Virus record (IMG/VR): IMGVR_UViG_3300005436_000012
DNA: 64,000 bases
Direction: 5' to 3' (one strand)
From: a virus
Below are positions 44,259 to 53,900 of the stretch, in pieces. The notes under the pieces were generated by a model. That model did no database searches. It was given only the letters and a program-made list of their open reading frames with translations, and was not told the origin of the DNA. The first letter of the stretch is position 1. The number at the start of each line of letters is the position of its first letter. Made by a program: the position numbers and the translations under genes.

Positions 44259-45620
44259 ATGAAGCGTTTTCTCGCTACGCTCGCGGTGTTCGCATGGAGT
44301 GGGGTTTTGTGCGCCCAAAACCCGAATAGTGCTCGCTGGCCCGGTGCGATCGCGAGCGACACCGACCTGCTCGTAGCGGCCAATAATTCGCAGACTGTTT
44401 TAGCGGCGTCGATCGACAACGCGGTGACTACGTTCCTGGTCGCATCGGGCACCGCCTTTACCGCGCCAGTTGCCATCACCATCGATAACGAGATCATACT
44501 GTGCACCACCTTGACGGCCAATACCTTTTCCGGCTGTACGCGCGGCTGGCGGGGGACCACGGCCGCGCCGCACAACAACGTGGCCACCGTATACGGCTTC
44601 AACGTGGACTGGTATCACAATCAGCTCGCGGCTGAAATCAAGGCGCTCGAAGCCTTTATGACGGCCTTTACGGATTTCGGTTCGGCCGCGGGCACGCCTG
44701 TTTTCCAAGTCACGAGCCGTCTGCAGACTTTCAAAATCACTCTTTCGGGCAACGTCGCGAGTTCGACCCTGCAAAATCCCGTGCAGGGAGGCATGCTCAC
44801 GTTCATCGTCTGCCAGGGGCCGGGCGGGCCTTTCACGTTCGCGTTTCCGGCCGGGTTTGGGACCGCGGCGGCGATCTCACCAGAAACGAACGTCTGCACG
44901 ACCGAAGAATTCACGTGGGACGGATCGCAAGCTGTGGAGCGCTCCGCAGGTTCGAACGGTTTGCTCTCGATCGTTCCTTTGGTGCCCGCGCCGGCAGGCT
45001 GCCCGGTCGGAACTTTGCTGTGGAGCTGGCCGGACAATGTCTGGTCGGTGCCGTACTGGAAAGATTCGGCCTGCAATTTGACCCATCCGGTCCGCACGGT
45101 GGACTGCTCGGCGGGCGGAACGTCGTCGAACGTCGTGCAAAAGATCAACGCCGACGGCTCGGAGACCTGCGCGGCGGGCGGCGGAGGCGGAGGCGGATCG
45201 CCAGCCAACCCGTTTTCTCTCTCCGGATCGGGAACAGTCGCGACCTTAAACCACAACCTGAACACGACCAATGTCTTCAGCGCCTGCTATGACACTAACG
45301 GTTTGGAACTCGACGTCCAGAAACAAGTCTCCAGCGCCAACCAGGTGATCGTTCAGTTTCTTGCCCCGGTCAATAACTGGCATTGCATCGTGGCCACTGG
45401 AGCGAGCGGAAAATATCCGGTGGCGCTCACGGCCTCGAATTCCTACACGGTCACGGGAGCCACGCATTTGCTCGGCACTTCCAATTTGACGGTGACCTGC
45501 CGCGACGCCGCCGTGCCGGCCAACTGGTTCGAGCCCGGCCAGGTGACCGTCGCCGCCAATAACGACATCGTCATCACCATGCTGGCCGCCAAATCAGGAG
45601 GCGCTTGTTTCATCCAATGA
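44259..45620 (+). CDS. secreted protein, AQNPNSARWP N-module family member 2
   Basis: Signal peptide; N-module and CTTLTANTFSGCTRGWRGTTAAPHNNVATV motif shared with the 30932 ORF; Gly-rich AAGGGGGGGS stretch. Confidence 0.5.
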   Translation: MKRFLATLAVFAWSGVLCAQNPNSARWPGAIASDTDLLVAANNSQTVLAASIDNAVTTFLVASGTAFTAPVAITIDNEIILCTTLTANTFSGCTRGWRGTTAAPHNNVATVYGFNVDWYHNQLAAEIKALEAFMTAFTDFGSAAGTPVFQVTSRLQTFKITLSGNVASSTLQNPVQGGMLTFIVCQGPGGPFTFAFPAGFGTAAAISPETNVCTTEEFTWDGSQAVERSAGSNGLLSIVPLVPAPAGCPVGTLLWSWPDNVWSVPYWKDSACNLTHPVRTVDCSAGGTSSNVVQKINADGSETCAAGGGGGGGSPANPFSLSGSGTVATLNHNLNTTNVFSACYDTNGLELDVQKQVSSANQVIVQFLAPVNNWHCIVATGASGKYPVALTASNSYTVTGATHLLGTSNLTVTCRDAAVPANWFEPGQVTVAANNDIVITMLAAKSGGACFIQ

Positions 45621-46564
45621 TCAAAAACTTGTGTGCGTTTTTGCTGTTCGCTTCGCTCGCTTTTTCGCAGACCAAATACGTCGACGGAAATCTGACGGTC
45701 GAAGGCACCATCAATCATTGCGGCGCCGATACCGGAGCCGGGAGCGCCTACGTCTGCGCGAATCAAGCCAGCGGCATAATCGCGGCCTACCGCGACGGCG
45801 TGGTCTACAGCTTCCGTGCCACGCACTCGAATGCCGCCGCGTCAACGCTGGCCATCGATGGTCTGGCGGCGGTTTTGATCAAAAAACAAGGCGGCACCAC
45901 GGATCTCGCCTCGGGCGACATCGCGGCCAACATGGAAATCGCCGTCAAATATAACGGGACGAGCGGATTCTTCGAATTGCAAACGCCGAGCGCCAACGCA
46001 CCCGGCGGCGTCATCACCATCATCGAGGATATTAATCTCCCAACGGCCGTGGAAATTAACGGGCTTGGCCCTGTTGCGAGCGGTTGGGATTTGGTCGCGG
46101 GCGCTAGTCCGCCATTGGCCGCTGGGGGAGGTGCTGGAGCAAACAATCCACTTGCATTCATAGGATTTCCCAATACAAATTCCCCCACGATCCTGCACCG
46201 GCGTCTACTGCCCTCCACCTGGACCGGAAATATTGACGTGGCCATCCACTGGATCGATCAATGCTGCGGATCGGGCAACGCGAAATGGAACGTGGACCTG
46301 GCTTGCGCGACGAACAATAGCACCACCGGCGTTTACTACGATGCTGGCTTTTCGAATATGACCTTCAACGCAGCGAGTTCGGTGACGACCGCCAGCAACT
46401 CCCGGTTGAACGCCAGCAAAGTCACCGTCCTGGCCGTCAACAACTGCGTACCGTCGGGGCAGTTGTGGGTGCGCATTGCCCGCGATAACACCGTAGGCTC
46501 GAATCTGGCCGGGAACGCCCTGGTTGAATATGTGGTGCTGACGTTGAGGCGGACCAATCAATAA
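45605..46564 (+). CDS. secreted protein (N-domain homologous to minus-strand ORF 53897-54277)
   Basis: Signal peptide MIKNLCAFLLFASLAFSQ; AAYRDGVVYSFRATHSNAAASTLAIDGLAAVLIKK. Confidence 0.45.
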   Translation: MFHPMIKNLCAFLLFASLAFSQTKYVDGNLTVEGTINHCGADTGAGSAYVCANQASGIIAAYRDGVVYSFRATHSNAAASTLAIDGLAAVLIKKQGGTTDLASGDIAANMEIAVKYNGTSGFFELQTPSANAPGGVITIIEDINLPTAVEINGLGPVASGWDLVAGASPPLAAGGGAGANNPLAFIGFPNTNSPTILHRRLLPSTWTGNIDVAIHWIDQCCGSGNAKWNVDLACATNNSTTGVYYDAGFSNMTFNAASSVTTASNSRLNASKVTVLAVNNCVPSGQLWVRIARDNTVGSNLAGNALVEYVVLTLRRTNQ

Positions 46565-46566
46565 AA

Positions 46567-49500
46567 ATGAGGTGGCTTATATTTGTTGTTCTCGCCTGTT
46601 CGTGCGGGCTCTTTGGGCAGATCACCGTCACCAGTGATCCGGGCGCGGGGTGGGGTTGCTCCAGCTTGACCTGCTCTACATCCGAGATTCAGCACGCATC
46701 GCAGACCTATCCAATTCATTACGCCATCGCCGGAACGGGGACCATCTCGGTCGGTACGATCACTGGGACAGGATCGAGCGGGTTTACCTTTCGGGTACTG
46801 AGTGTGGGCTGTGACCCATGCGAGTCCCCGATCTCTTCTGTTACAGCGGCGAGCCCGCCCACTTACACCTATACGGACAGCAACATCAATTCGCACATAG
46901 CGAATGGTCAGGCTGTGACGATTGAAAACGTTGCGACCTGCACCGGAGCGAACGGGCAAGGTGTCGTGGCTAACCTGAATACCGGAGCCAAGACATTTCA
47001 GATCACCGGATTCTCGGTGAGTGGAGCTTGTTCGGGGGGGAACGTCTGGGTCACCACAAACACAGCCCCAGCCGATGGGTTCGGATACTACAACGGCTAC
47101 GCCGATTATGACTATTCCTTCGGCGCGCATTCAGCGGATATCCCAATCACCGGAGGCAGTGGAGGAAGCTTTCACGCTATCGTAAATCTCACAATCCTGG
47201 CTTTGGCTGCGCCGACCATTACTACACCATCAGGAAGTACGGCGGGATGCTCCAGTTCCGATGCAGTATTTTTTATCGATCTCGATGCTTGCGCGCCTTC
47301 CAACATGCGACCGTCTGGAACCTATTCCTTTGCGGCGGTTGGCAGCGCAGCATTACCCGACTCCAATTTTGGCGGCGTCGTATACACCGTAGCCCAGAAC
47401 GTTCCGCCCAACGTGATCGCCGTTTCTCCAAGCGATACCGTGGTCACAAACGTCAACTCAGACGGCTCGTTAATGGTAGTCGGTACAAACACAGGAAATC
47501 TGGACTATACTTCCACCACACCGCCTTTCACTGTTGGCTGGCACAATCCCACCGGGATAGTATCAGGTTCATCTCAAAAGTGGAGCGGTCTGAATCCTAA
47601 GGTTGTGTTTTACTACTCTGGTGTAACTCTGCACAGAGCCACTTTTGGAACAGCACCAGCGATCACTTCCGATGTCATAATCTGGACCGATGGCGATGCA
47701 GGAGCGGTTTTAGGTGACGGTGGTGACAGCGAGGCCACAAAAGATGACTGGTTTGCTCAAGTGGATGGCGTCAACAAGAAGCTCTGGTTTATAAACGGCA
47801 ACTGCAACACTACGAACTGCGCAACAGTGGCAAGCATCAGCTTTGCCGGGTTGTCTCCATTCATTTTCCGCACCGTCATTACAACACCAGGCGTAGATGT
47901 GGTAAGCGGATTACGTTATATCACGCTTTACAACAACAGTGGCGCGCATGAACTCTACACGTTCAACGGGACAACGCTGACTGACGTGGGACCTTATCCT
48001 ACCCTTCCGGGGCTTGGCAGTCTTTTCGGTTACCTCACAGGTAAGGGTTCCTGCACCGCCGTGCAGAATGCAGCCGGTTTATGTATCGGCGCTGCTACCG
48101 ATCACACGGCTGGCGGGGAAATAGCCGGTCAGCAGGCGTGGTGCGGAGCGACCCTGGGGAGATATCAACCAGGCCGTTCTTGGTTCACCTGTTCTCTATT
48201 CAACAAAGGTTTGAACCAGATGTTCATCGACCAAGCCAACGGTGGTGGCATGATTCAGGTGTTTCCGGTCAATACAGAAACATCGGATACTCACACAGGA
48301 GCAGCACGTCAGGGACAGGTGTTTTCTCTATCGTCAGACGGAGCGCCGCTCACTACATCGTGGGCCGTCACCAACGCAGTCACGAACGGCAGCAATATCG
48401 ACCTAACCGTCCGCACCACCGACCACGGACACACAGGCGGGGATCTGTCGGTCACGCTGAGCGGAACGATTACTAACGTTGCTACCACATTCACGCTGTC
48501 GGCCACCTGCGACGTGGACGGACACTGCTTTTCAGCGCCGGCATCATTGCAGCTCGATGCGGAAATACTCACTTGCACTACTTTGGTTAGCACCGTATAT
48601 TCTGGATGCACTCGTGCGCAGCAAGGTACCTCTGCCGCCGCTCATACAACAGGAGCCGTCGTCTATCAGCAGAACAATCCCCTAACGCTGGTCAGCACAA
48701 ACAGTGTCACCATTTCCAACGTAGGTGGCTGCACGAATGCCAACGGGAACCGGACGGTAACCGTCGTTGGCGTGACTGTCACGTTGCCGGGCGTCACCTG
48801 CAATGCCGGTTACACAGCCAACACAGGAGTCGCTTATCTCAACCTGGCCCCGACGACCGTCCAGCATGAATCGGAACTTGATGTGATCTACATGCCTTCC
48901 ACGGTTACATCAGCCGCGATTGTAAAACGATTTGCGATGAGCCGGAGTTTTGCTTTCCAGGACACTTACTTACAAAACGCTCCCAATCCGTATTACGATC
49001 AGCCCCATGCAGCGATATCGCAGGACGGCTCGAAGCTTATGTGGGAGGGAAACAACGGTCTGGCGGACACGGTTTCGGTCTACTACGCCAACACTGGCTT
49101 CGGCACTCCGACCTTTTCCATTTCCAAAACACATGCCGGCAATTTTACCCAAGGCCAGCAGAATGCCCCGTATACGATCACAATCACCAATTCGGGCGGC
49201 GTGGCAACCAACGGCAGCCTGGTAACGGCCACCGACACCGTTCCCGCCGGCGAATCTCTGGTTTCGATGAGCGGAGCGGGTTGGACCTGCGTATCGAATT
49301 CCTGCACTCGCTCCGATGTTTTGAATCCAGCCTCGGCTTATCCCGCGATCACCGTATTGGTCAATGTAGCCTCAAACGCCTCTTCGCCGCAGCTCGAACT
49401 CGCTTCGGTTTCAGGCGGGGGGTCGGCATCGGCGAACGCGTCCGATTCCACGACTATCATTCCGACGTCCGGCCCGATTCTCGGGATCGCCAAGAGTCAT

Positions 49501-49884
49501 TTGGGCAATTTTGCGCAGGGGCAGCAAAATGCCGTGTCCAGCATCGTGGTATCGAACACCGGCGGCTCGGCGACCGACGGAACGGTGGTGACGGTGACGG
49601 AGACGATCCCGACCGGCGAAACTTTAGCGTCCCTGAGCGGAACAGGCTGGACGTGCGCTTCGAATTCCTGCACGCGCTCGGATGCCCTGGTCGCTTCTGC
49701 GAGCTATCCGGTTATTACGGTGCGCGTCAATGTCGCAATCAACGCGACGTCGCCGCAGACCAATCAATGTTCGGTATCGGGCGGCGGTTCGGCTTCCGCC
49801 AACGCCTCCGATTCTCAGATCATCATTCCCCTGCTCACTTATCCCAGCTCGATTTTACGCGTGAGCCGGGAAATCCTGCGTTAG
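46567..49884 (+). CDS. secreted 1105-aa protein with C-terminal DUF11-like tandem repeats
   Basis: Signal peptide MRWLIFVVLACSCGLFGQ; two about 120-aa repeats (...ITNSGGVATNGSLVTATDTVPAGESLVSMSGAGWTC...); internal CTTLVSTVYSGCTRAQQGTSAAAHTTGAVVY motif. Confidence 0.5.
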   Translation: MRWLIFVVLACSCGLFGQITVTSDPGAGWGCSSLTCSTSEIQHASQTYPIHYAIAGTGTISVGTITGTGSSGFTFRVLSVGCDPCESPISSVTAASPPTYTYTDSNINSHIANGQAVTIENVATCTGANGQGVVANLNTGAKTFQITGFSVSGACSGGNVWVTTNTAPADGFGYYNGYADYDYSFGAHSADIPITGGSGGSFHAIVNLTILALAAPTITTPSGSTAGCSSSDAVFFIDLDACAPSNMRPSGTYSFAAVGSAALPDSNFGGVVYTVAQNVPPNVIAVSPSDTVVTNVNSDGSLMVVGTNTGNLDYTSTTPPFTVGWHNPTGIVSGSSQKWSGLNPKVVFYYSGVTLHRATFGTAPAITSDVIIWTDGDAGAVLGDGGDSEATKDDWFAQVDGVNKKLWFINGNCNTTNCATVASISFAGLSPFIFRTVITTPGVDVVSGLRYITLYNNSGAHELYTFNGTTLTDVGPYPTLPGLGSLFGYLTGKGSCTAVQNAAGLCIGAATDHTAGGEIAGQQAWCGATLGRYQPGRSWFTCSLFNKGLNQMFIDQANGGGMIQVFPVNTETSDTHTGAARQGQVFSLSSDGAPLTTSWAVTNAVTNGSNIDLTVRTTDHGHTGGDLSVTLSGTITNVATTFTLSATCDVDGHCFSAPASLQLDAEILTCTTLVSTVYSGCTRAQQGTSAAAHTTGAVVYQQNNPLTLVSTNSVTISNVGGCTNANGNRTVTVVGVTVTLPGVTCNAGYTANTGVAYLNLAPTTVQHESELDVIYMPSTVTSAAIVKRFAMSRSFAFQDTYLQNAPNPYYDQPHAAISQDGSKLMWEGNNGLADTVSVYYANTGFGTPTFSISKTHAGNFTQGQQNAPYTITITNSGGVATNGSLVTATDTVPAGESLVSMSGAGWTCVSNSCTRSDVLNPASAYPAITVLVNVASNASSPQLELASVSGGGSASANASDSTTIIPTSGPILGIAKSHLGNFAQGQQNAVSSIVVSNTGGSATDGTVVTVTETIPTGETLASLSGTGWTCASNSCTRSDALVASASYPVITVRVNVAINATSPQTNQCSVSGGGSASANASDSQIIIPLLTYPSSILRVSREILR

Positions 49885-49916
49885 TAAACCGCGATTTTCA
49901 TTTCGATCATTGAGTT

Positions 49917-51131
49917 ATGGCGGCATCAGCTATGGCAACCCCTTCAATTCATCGCCCCACACGGCTTCCGCCAGCGAGTGGGGGCGCGCCCATGATGCGT
50001 CTCTCGATTTCCTTAGATCCCACCAAAACCGGACGTGAAGCCGAAGCGCTGGAGACAACCTTAAACCGGATGATCGTGGGGCAGGCCGAAGCCGTTCAGG
50101 CCATTCTCTCGATCTATCAAACCCATGTGGCCGGACTCGCCCCGCCCTTGCGTCCCATCGGGAACTTCCTGTTTCTCGGGCCCACCGGATCCGGCAAGAC
50201 CCGCATCGTGGAGGCGACCGCCGAGGCGCTGCTGTTCAACCCGCGGGCGCTGATCAAAATCGATTGCGCCGAATTCCAGCACAGCCACGAGATCGCGAAA
50301 CTGATCGGCTCACCGCCCGGATACCTGGGACACCGGGAAACTCATGCGCTGCTGAGCCAGGAAGTCTTGAACCAGCACCACACGGCAACGGTAAAGATCA
50401 GTATCGTGCTGTTCGACGAAATTGAAAAAGCCTCGGACGCGCTGTGGAATTTATTGCTCGGGATTCTCGATAAAGGCACGCTGACGCTCGGAGACAACCG
50501 CCGGGTCGATTTCTCGCAGGCCTTGATCTTCATGACCTCCAACCTCGGCGCGAGCGAGATGAACGCTCTCCTGCATCCGAGCTTCGGGTTCCACGGCGCG
50601 CCGGCGGAGGTGGAAGCCAAGAAGATCTCCAAGATCGGCCTGGCGGCGTCCCGGCGGAAATTCACGCCCGAGTTCGTCAACCGCCTGGACCGGATCGTGA
50701 CCTTCAAGCCGCTCGGCGCCGAGCAGCTCGACAAAATCCTGGACATCGAATTGAACCTGGTCCAGCAGCGCATTTTTAACGGAGGCGGGCGCGCCTTCGT
50801 CTTTAAAATGAGCCTGGAGGCCAGAGTCCTGCTGCTCGAGCAAGGCACGGATCTCAAATACGGCGCCCGGCATTTGAAACGCGCCATCGAACGCCTGCTG
50901 GTCCAGCCGCTCTCGAACCTGCTGGCCTCCAATCAATTGCGCGGAGGCGACAGCGTGCAGGTCGACCGCCAGGCCGGGGTTTTGAGCTTTATCAAAGACG
51001 GCGAAGGCCTCGCGGCCGGCGCCATGGCCGACCTGGTCGATCGCTCGATTTCAGCGCCGTCCCCGGTCTTCACGGGCGCGATCGAAAGCCGGACCACCGA
51101 ACTACGCGCCCGCTCCTCGAGGCGCGGATAG
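49917..51131 (+). CDS. stand-alone Clp/Hsp100 D2-type (AAA_2) ATPase
   Basis: VGQAEAVQAI...GNFLFLGPTGSGKTRIVEA...IKIDCAEFQHSHEIAKLIGSPPGYLGH is the ClpA/B D2 signature; Walker B VLFDEIEKA; sensor GARHLKRAIE. Confidence 0.7.
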   Translation: MAASAMATPSIHRPTRLPPASGGAPMMRLSISLDPTKTGREAEALETTLNRMIVGQAEAVQAILSIYQTHVAGLAPPLRPIGNFLFLGPTGSGKTRIVEATAEALLFNPRALIKIDCAEFQHSHEIAKLIGSPPGYLGHRETHALLSQEVLNQHHTATVKISIVLFDEIEKASDALWNLLLGILDKGTLTLGDNRRVDFSQALIFMTSNLGASEMNALLHPSFGFHGAPAEVEAKKISKIGLAASRRKFTPEFVNRLDRIVTFKPLGAEQLDKILDIELNLVQQRIFNGGGRAFVFKMSLEARVLLLEQGTDLKYGARHLKRAIERLLVQPLSNLLASNQLRGGDSVQVDRQAGVLSFIKDGEGLAAGAMADLVDRSISAPSPVFTGAIESRTTELRARSSRRG

Positions 51132-51159
51132 ATTTTCAATCCAAAGGAACCAAAAACAA

Positions 51160-51354
51160 ATGGTGATCTACTTATCGCTAGCCGTCGCTTTAATCGGCTT
51201 GCTGCTGTTTCTGCTGGCGGATCGGCCGGCGGTTCCAGGCGGGCCCACGCCCGGGTATCCGAATGCCAAGCGGATCGGCGAAATCATGATGCTCGCCGGC
51301 GGCCTGGCGTTTCTGCTGGTATACGTCCCGCATGCTCTGATCGGCCGCACATAA
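51160..51354 (+). CDS. small two-TM membrane protein (holin-like)
   Basis: MVIYLSLAVALIGLLLFLLA...IMMLAGGLAFLLVYVP. Confidence 0.35.
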   Translation: MVIYLSLAVALIGLLLFLLADRPAVPGGPTPGYPNAKRIGEIMMLAGGLAFLLVYVPHALIGRT

Positions 51355-51355
51355 A

Positions 51356-51844
51356 ATGAACGGCTTAGCCCAAGGCCTCATCATCGCGGCCTTCACCATC
51401 GTCGTAGGCGCCATCATCGCTTTTCTGAAATCCATGAGTGATCGGCTTCAGAAGCTGGAGATAGAATTCGCCAAGCTGGACACGCAGGTCAGTCCTCTCT
51501 GGGCCAAGGTGCAGGCGCAGATAGCGGCCGATCTGCATCACCCCGAAGACCGCTACCGGGAAATGGATCGCCTGCTGGAGAAGCTCGAGGCCATGAGCAT
51601 CAGCAACCCGGAACGCGATCGCCTGAAGGATCTCCTCTTAGAACGATCGCTCGATATGCATGCTGACATCAGCGACGATCAGCGGGCGAAAGCCAAACTC
51701 ATGATTGGCGTGATGGACATGGTATTGACGGAGGCCAGTAATAACAGCAACAGCCCGCCGCCGTTGATATTGGCGAAAACTCCCGTGGCGGAGGGCGGCA
51801 CCATCACCATCATCCTGGAGCCCACCGCACCCGCACCCAAATAG
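51356..51844 (+). CDS. N-terminal TM + coiled-coil protein
   Basis: LIIAAFTIVVGAIIAF TM, then charged helical region. Confidence 0.35.
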   Translation: MNGLAQGLIIAAFTIVVGAIIAFLKSMSDRLQKLEIEFAKLDTQVSPLWAKVQAQIAADLHHPEDRYREMDRLLEKLEAMSISNPERDRLKDLLLERSLDMHADISDDQRAKAKLMIGVMDMVLTEASNNSNSPPPLILAKTPVAEGGTITIILEPTAPAPK

Positions 51845-51847
51845 CCT

Positions 51848-52108
51848 ATGTTCAAAATAGTCAAAGATTTCGTTACCCAGCCGTTGTTTCTGATGTGGTG
51901 CGACGCCAGCTGCGCCAACTACATCCAGGGCCCCAAACCCACCGACGCCATCGCCGACGATCAATCGCTCGAGGCCGCCTTCGCCCAGGAAGCGCTGCGC
52001 CAGGGATGGAACCTGAGTCTCGAACGGCATCTGTGCCCCATGCACGCCAAAGCTGCCGCCGAGACGCGGCTCATCCACGTGCCGAGCTTCGCCGGATTCA
52101 AGAACTAA
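51848..52108 (+). CDS. hypothetical protein
   Basis: 86-aa ORF. Confidence 0.3.
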   Translation: MFKIVKDFVTQPLFLMWCDASCANYIQGPKPTDAIADDQSLEAAFAQEALRQGWNLSLERHLCPMHAKAAAETRLIHVPSFAGFKN

Positions 52109-52114
52109 AACCCA

Positions 52115-52714
52115 GTGAAACTTTACCCTTTGGGCGCGGTCACGCCGCGCTTCACAACCATCTCGAGCTCTACCAACGCGACGCCCATCGTCATTACCAC
52201 CAGTGCGCCGCATGGACTCCTCGTGACGGACGTGATCACCATCGTGAACCACTCGACCAATACGGCCGCCAACGGCACGTATCAAAACGGGGTGACTTTT
52301 CAGACCGGCTTTTCGCTCACGCCGACCACCATCACGCTGACCGGCAGAGCCGGCAACGGCGTGGGTGGAGCCACGGGATCCGCCTCGGCGCCGCAGCAGC
52401 TCATCAGCGCTTCCTCCTTCCCCGTCATACCGGGGGTGACCGACAACAGCAAATTATTGGTGGCGCGCATTCTGGTCACGGCCGTCCCCAAAGTGATTCT
52501 GCCCACCGGCACGGTGTATGTCGGAACGGCGGGACTCAATCAGGGCAGTTTCACAAACCTGTTTCGCGGGATCAATCCTCCGCCGGCCGCCGGAATCTAC
52601 GATTACTACGATGTCGAGATCGACGGCACCAACGTCATCCCCATCGCCGATTATTGGGTCGATAATTCCGCGCCCGCCACCGACGGCGCGCTAGTGGCTT
52701 TCTGGATCCGCTGA
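52115..52714 (+). CDS. paralog family A member 1 (about 200 aa, likely virion protein)
   Basis: PIVITTSAPHGLLVTDVITIVNHSTNTAANGTY N-motif and ALVAFWIR C-terminus shared with 52714, 53292 and 59586 ORFs. Confidence 0.45.
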   Translation: MKLYPLGAVTPRFTTISSSTNATPIVITTSAPHGLLVTDVITIVNHSTNTAANGTYQNGVTFQTGFSLTPTTITLTGRAGNGVGGATGSASAPQQLISASSFPVIPGVTDNSKLLVARILVTAVPKVILPTGTVYVGTAGLNQGSFTNLFRGINPPPAAGIYDYYDVEIDGTNVIPIADYWVDNSAPATDGALVAFWIR

Positions 52715-53304
52715 TGAAATGCTATCCGCTAGGCCCCTGCTCGCCGCGCTTCTTCGGCATCGGGAGCTCCACCGTCGGGCCGCCGGCGGTCATCACCACC
52801 GGCGTGGCGCACGGATTCAGCCTCGCGGACGTGATCACCATCAGCGGCCACGCGACCAACACGGCCGTCAACGGCAGCTATTCGAATCTGGTCACCAATC
52901 AGTTCACGCTGACGCCCACCACGATTACATTGCTGGGTCTGACCGGAACAGCGCCAGGCTCGAATACAGGCTTCGCGAGCGCGCCGGCGCAGCTAATTAC
53001 CGTCATTAATTTTCCGGTCATCCCGGGGGTCTCCGATAACAGCAAGCTCATGGTCGCCAAGATCAACTTCACGGCGGTGCCGTTCGGAACCGCGGTATTG
53101 TTCCTGGGAGGCAAGGGACTCAACCAGGGGAATTTCACGAACGTGTTTCGCGGCCTGAATCCGCCCGCCGCGGCCGGCGTGGGCGTGTATGACTTTTACG
53201 ATATCGACGGCGATGGGGGAAACGTAATTCCGATCGCCGAATACTGGGTTGATGCGAGACTGCCGGGGACCGAGGCGGTGCTCGCCAGTTTTTGGATGAG
53301 GTAA
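52714..53304 (+). CDS. paralog family A member 2
   Basis: PAVITTGVAHGFSLADVITISGHATNTAVNGSY ... VLASFWMR. Confidence 0.45.
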   Translation: MKCYPLGPCSPRFFGIGSSTVGPPAVITTGVAHGFSLADVITISGHATNTAVNGSYSNLVTNQFTLTPTTITLLGLTGTAPGSNTGFASAPAQLITVINFPVIPGVSDNSKLMVAKINFTAVPFGTAVLFLGGKGLNQGNFTNVFRGLNPPAAAGVGVYDFYDIDGDGGNVIPIAEYWVDARLPGTEAVLASFWMR

Positions 53305-53900
53305 ATTTTCAAATGCCCTACGCGCCTTTTCCGATTCAAGCTTACAATCCTTTCGGCCTGGGACACATCGTGGGGACGACTCAGAACTTGGGCGCGATCG
53401 TCAACACCAATAACGTAACGCCCATCGTGATCACCATCACCGCCCACGGCTATTCCACCGGGAACCGGGTGCGGATCGCCAGCGTCACCGGACAAACCGC
53501 CCTCAACGCCGATTGGACCATCGGGGTCATCGACGCGAACACGATCACGATCCCCCTGGCCGGCAACGGAAGCGTTTCCGGGTCCGGAACGATTTCGAGG
53601 ATCTGCCTGCCGATCACCTTCAATCTTCCGGCGTTGTCGGGCCAGAATTACGCGGTGAACAGCATTACGTTTGAAGCCTTCGCGTCGAACGTGGGGAATA
53701 TCTACGTGGGCAACGCCGCGACGATGTTGAACGTAACGCCCTTCACCGATTGCGTTTACATCATGAAGCCGGGAACGACGCAGAACATGCCGTTTTTCTC
53801 GCCCGGCAATTCCAACATCATCTCCATCGATCCCTGGGGAATCGACTGGGACGCAGCTCACCTGGGCGACGGCGTGCTGGTCTCGGTGTTCGTCCGCTAA
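53292..53900 (+). CDS. paralog family A member 3 (divergent)
   Basis: PIVITITAHGYSTGNRVRIASVTGQTALNADW ... VLVSVFVR. Confidence 0.4.
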   Translation: MDEVNFQMPYAPFPIQAYNPFGLGHIVGTTQNLGAIVNTNNVTPIVITITAHGYSTGNRVRIASVTGQTALNADWTIGVIDANTITIPLAGNGSVSGSGTISRICLPITFNLPALSGQNYAVNSITFEAFASNVGNIYVGNAATMLNVTPFTDCVYIMKPGTTQNMPFFSPGNSNIISIDPWGIDWDAAHLGDGVLVSVFVR

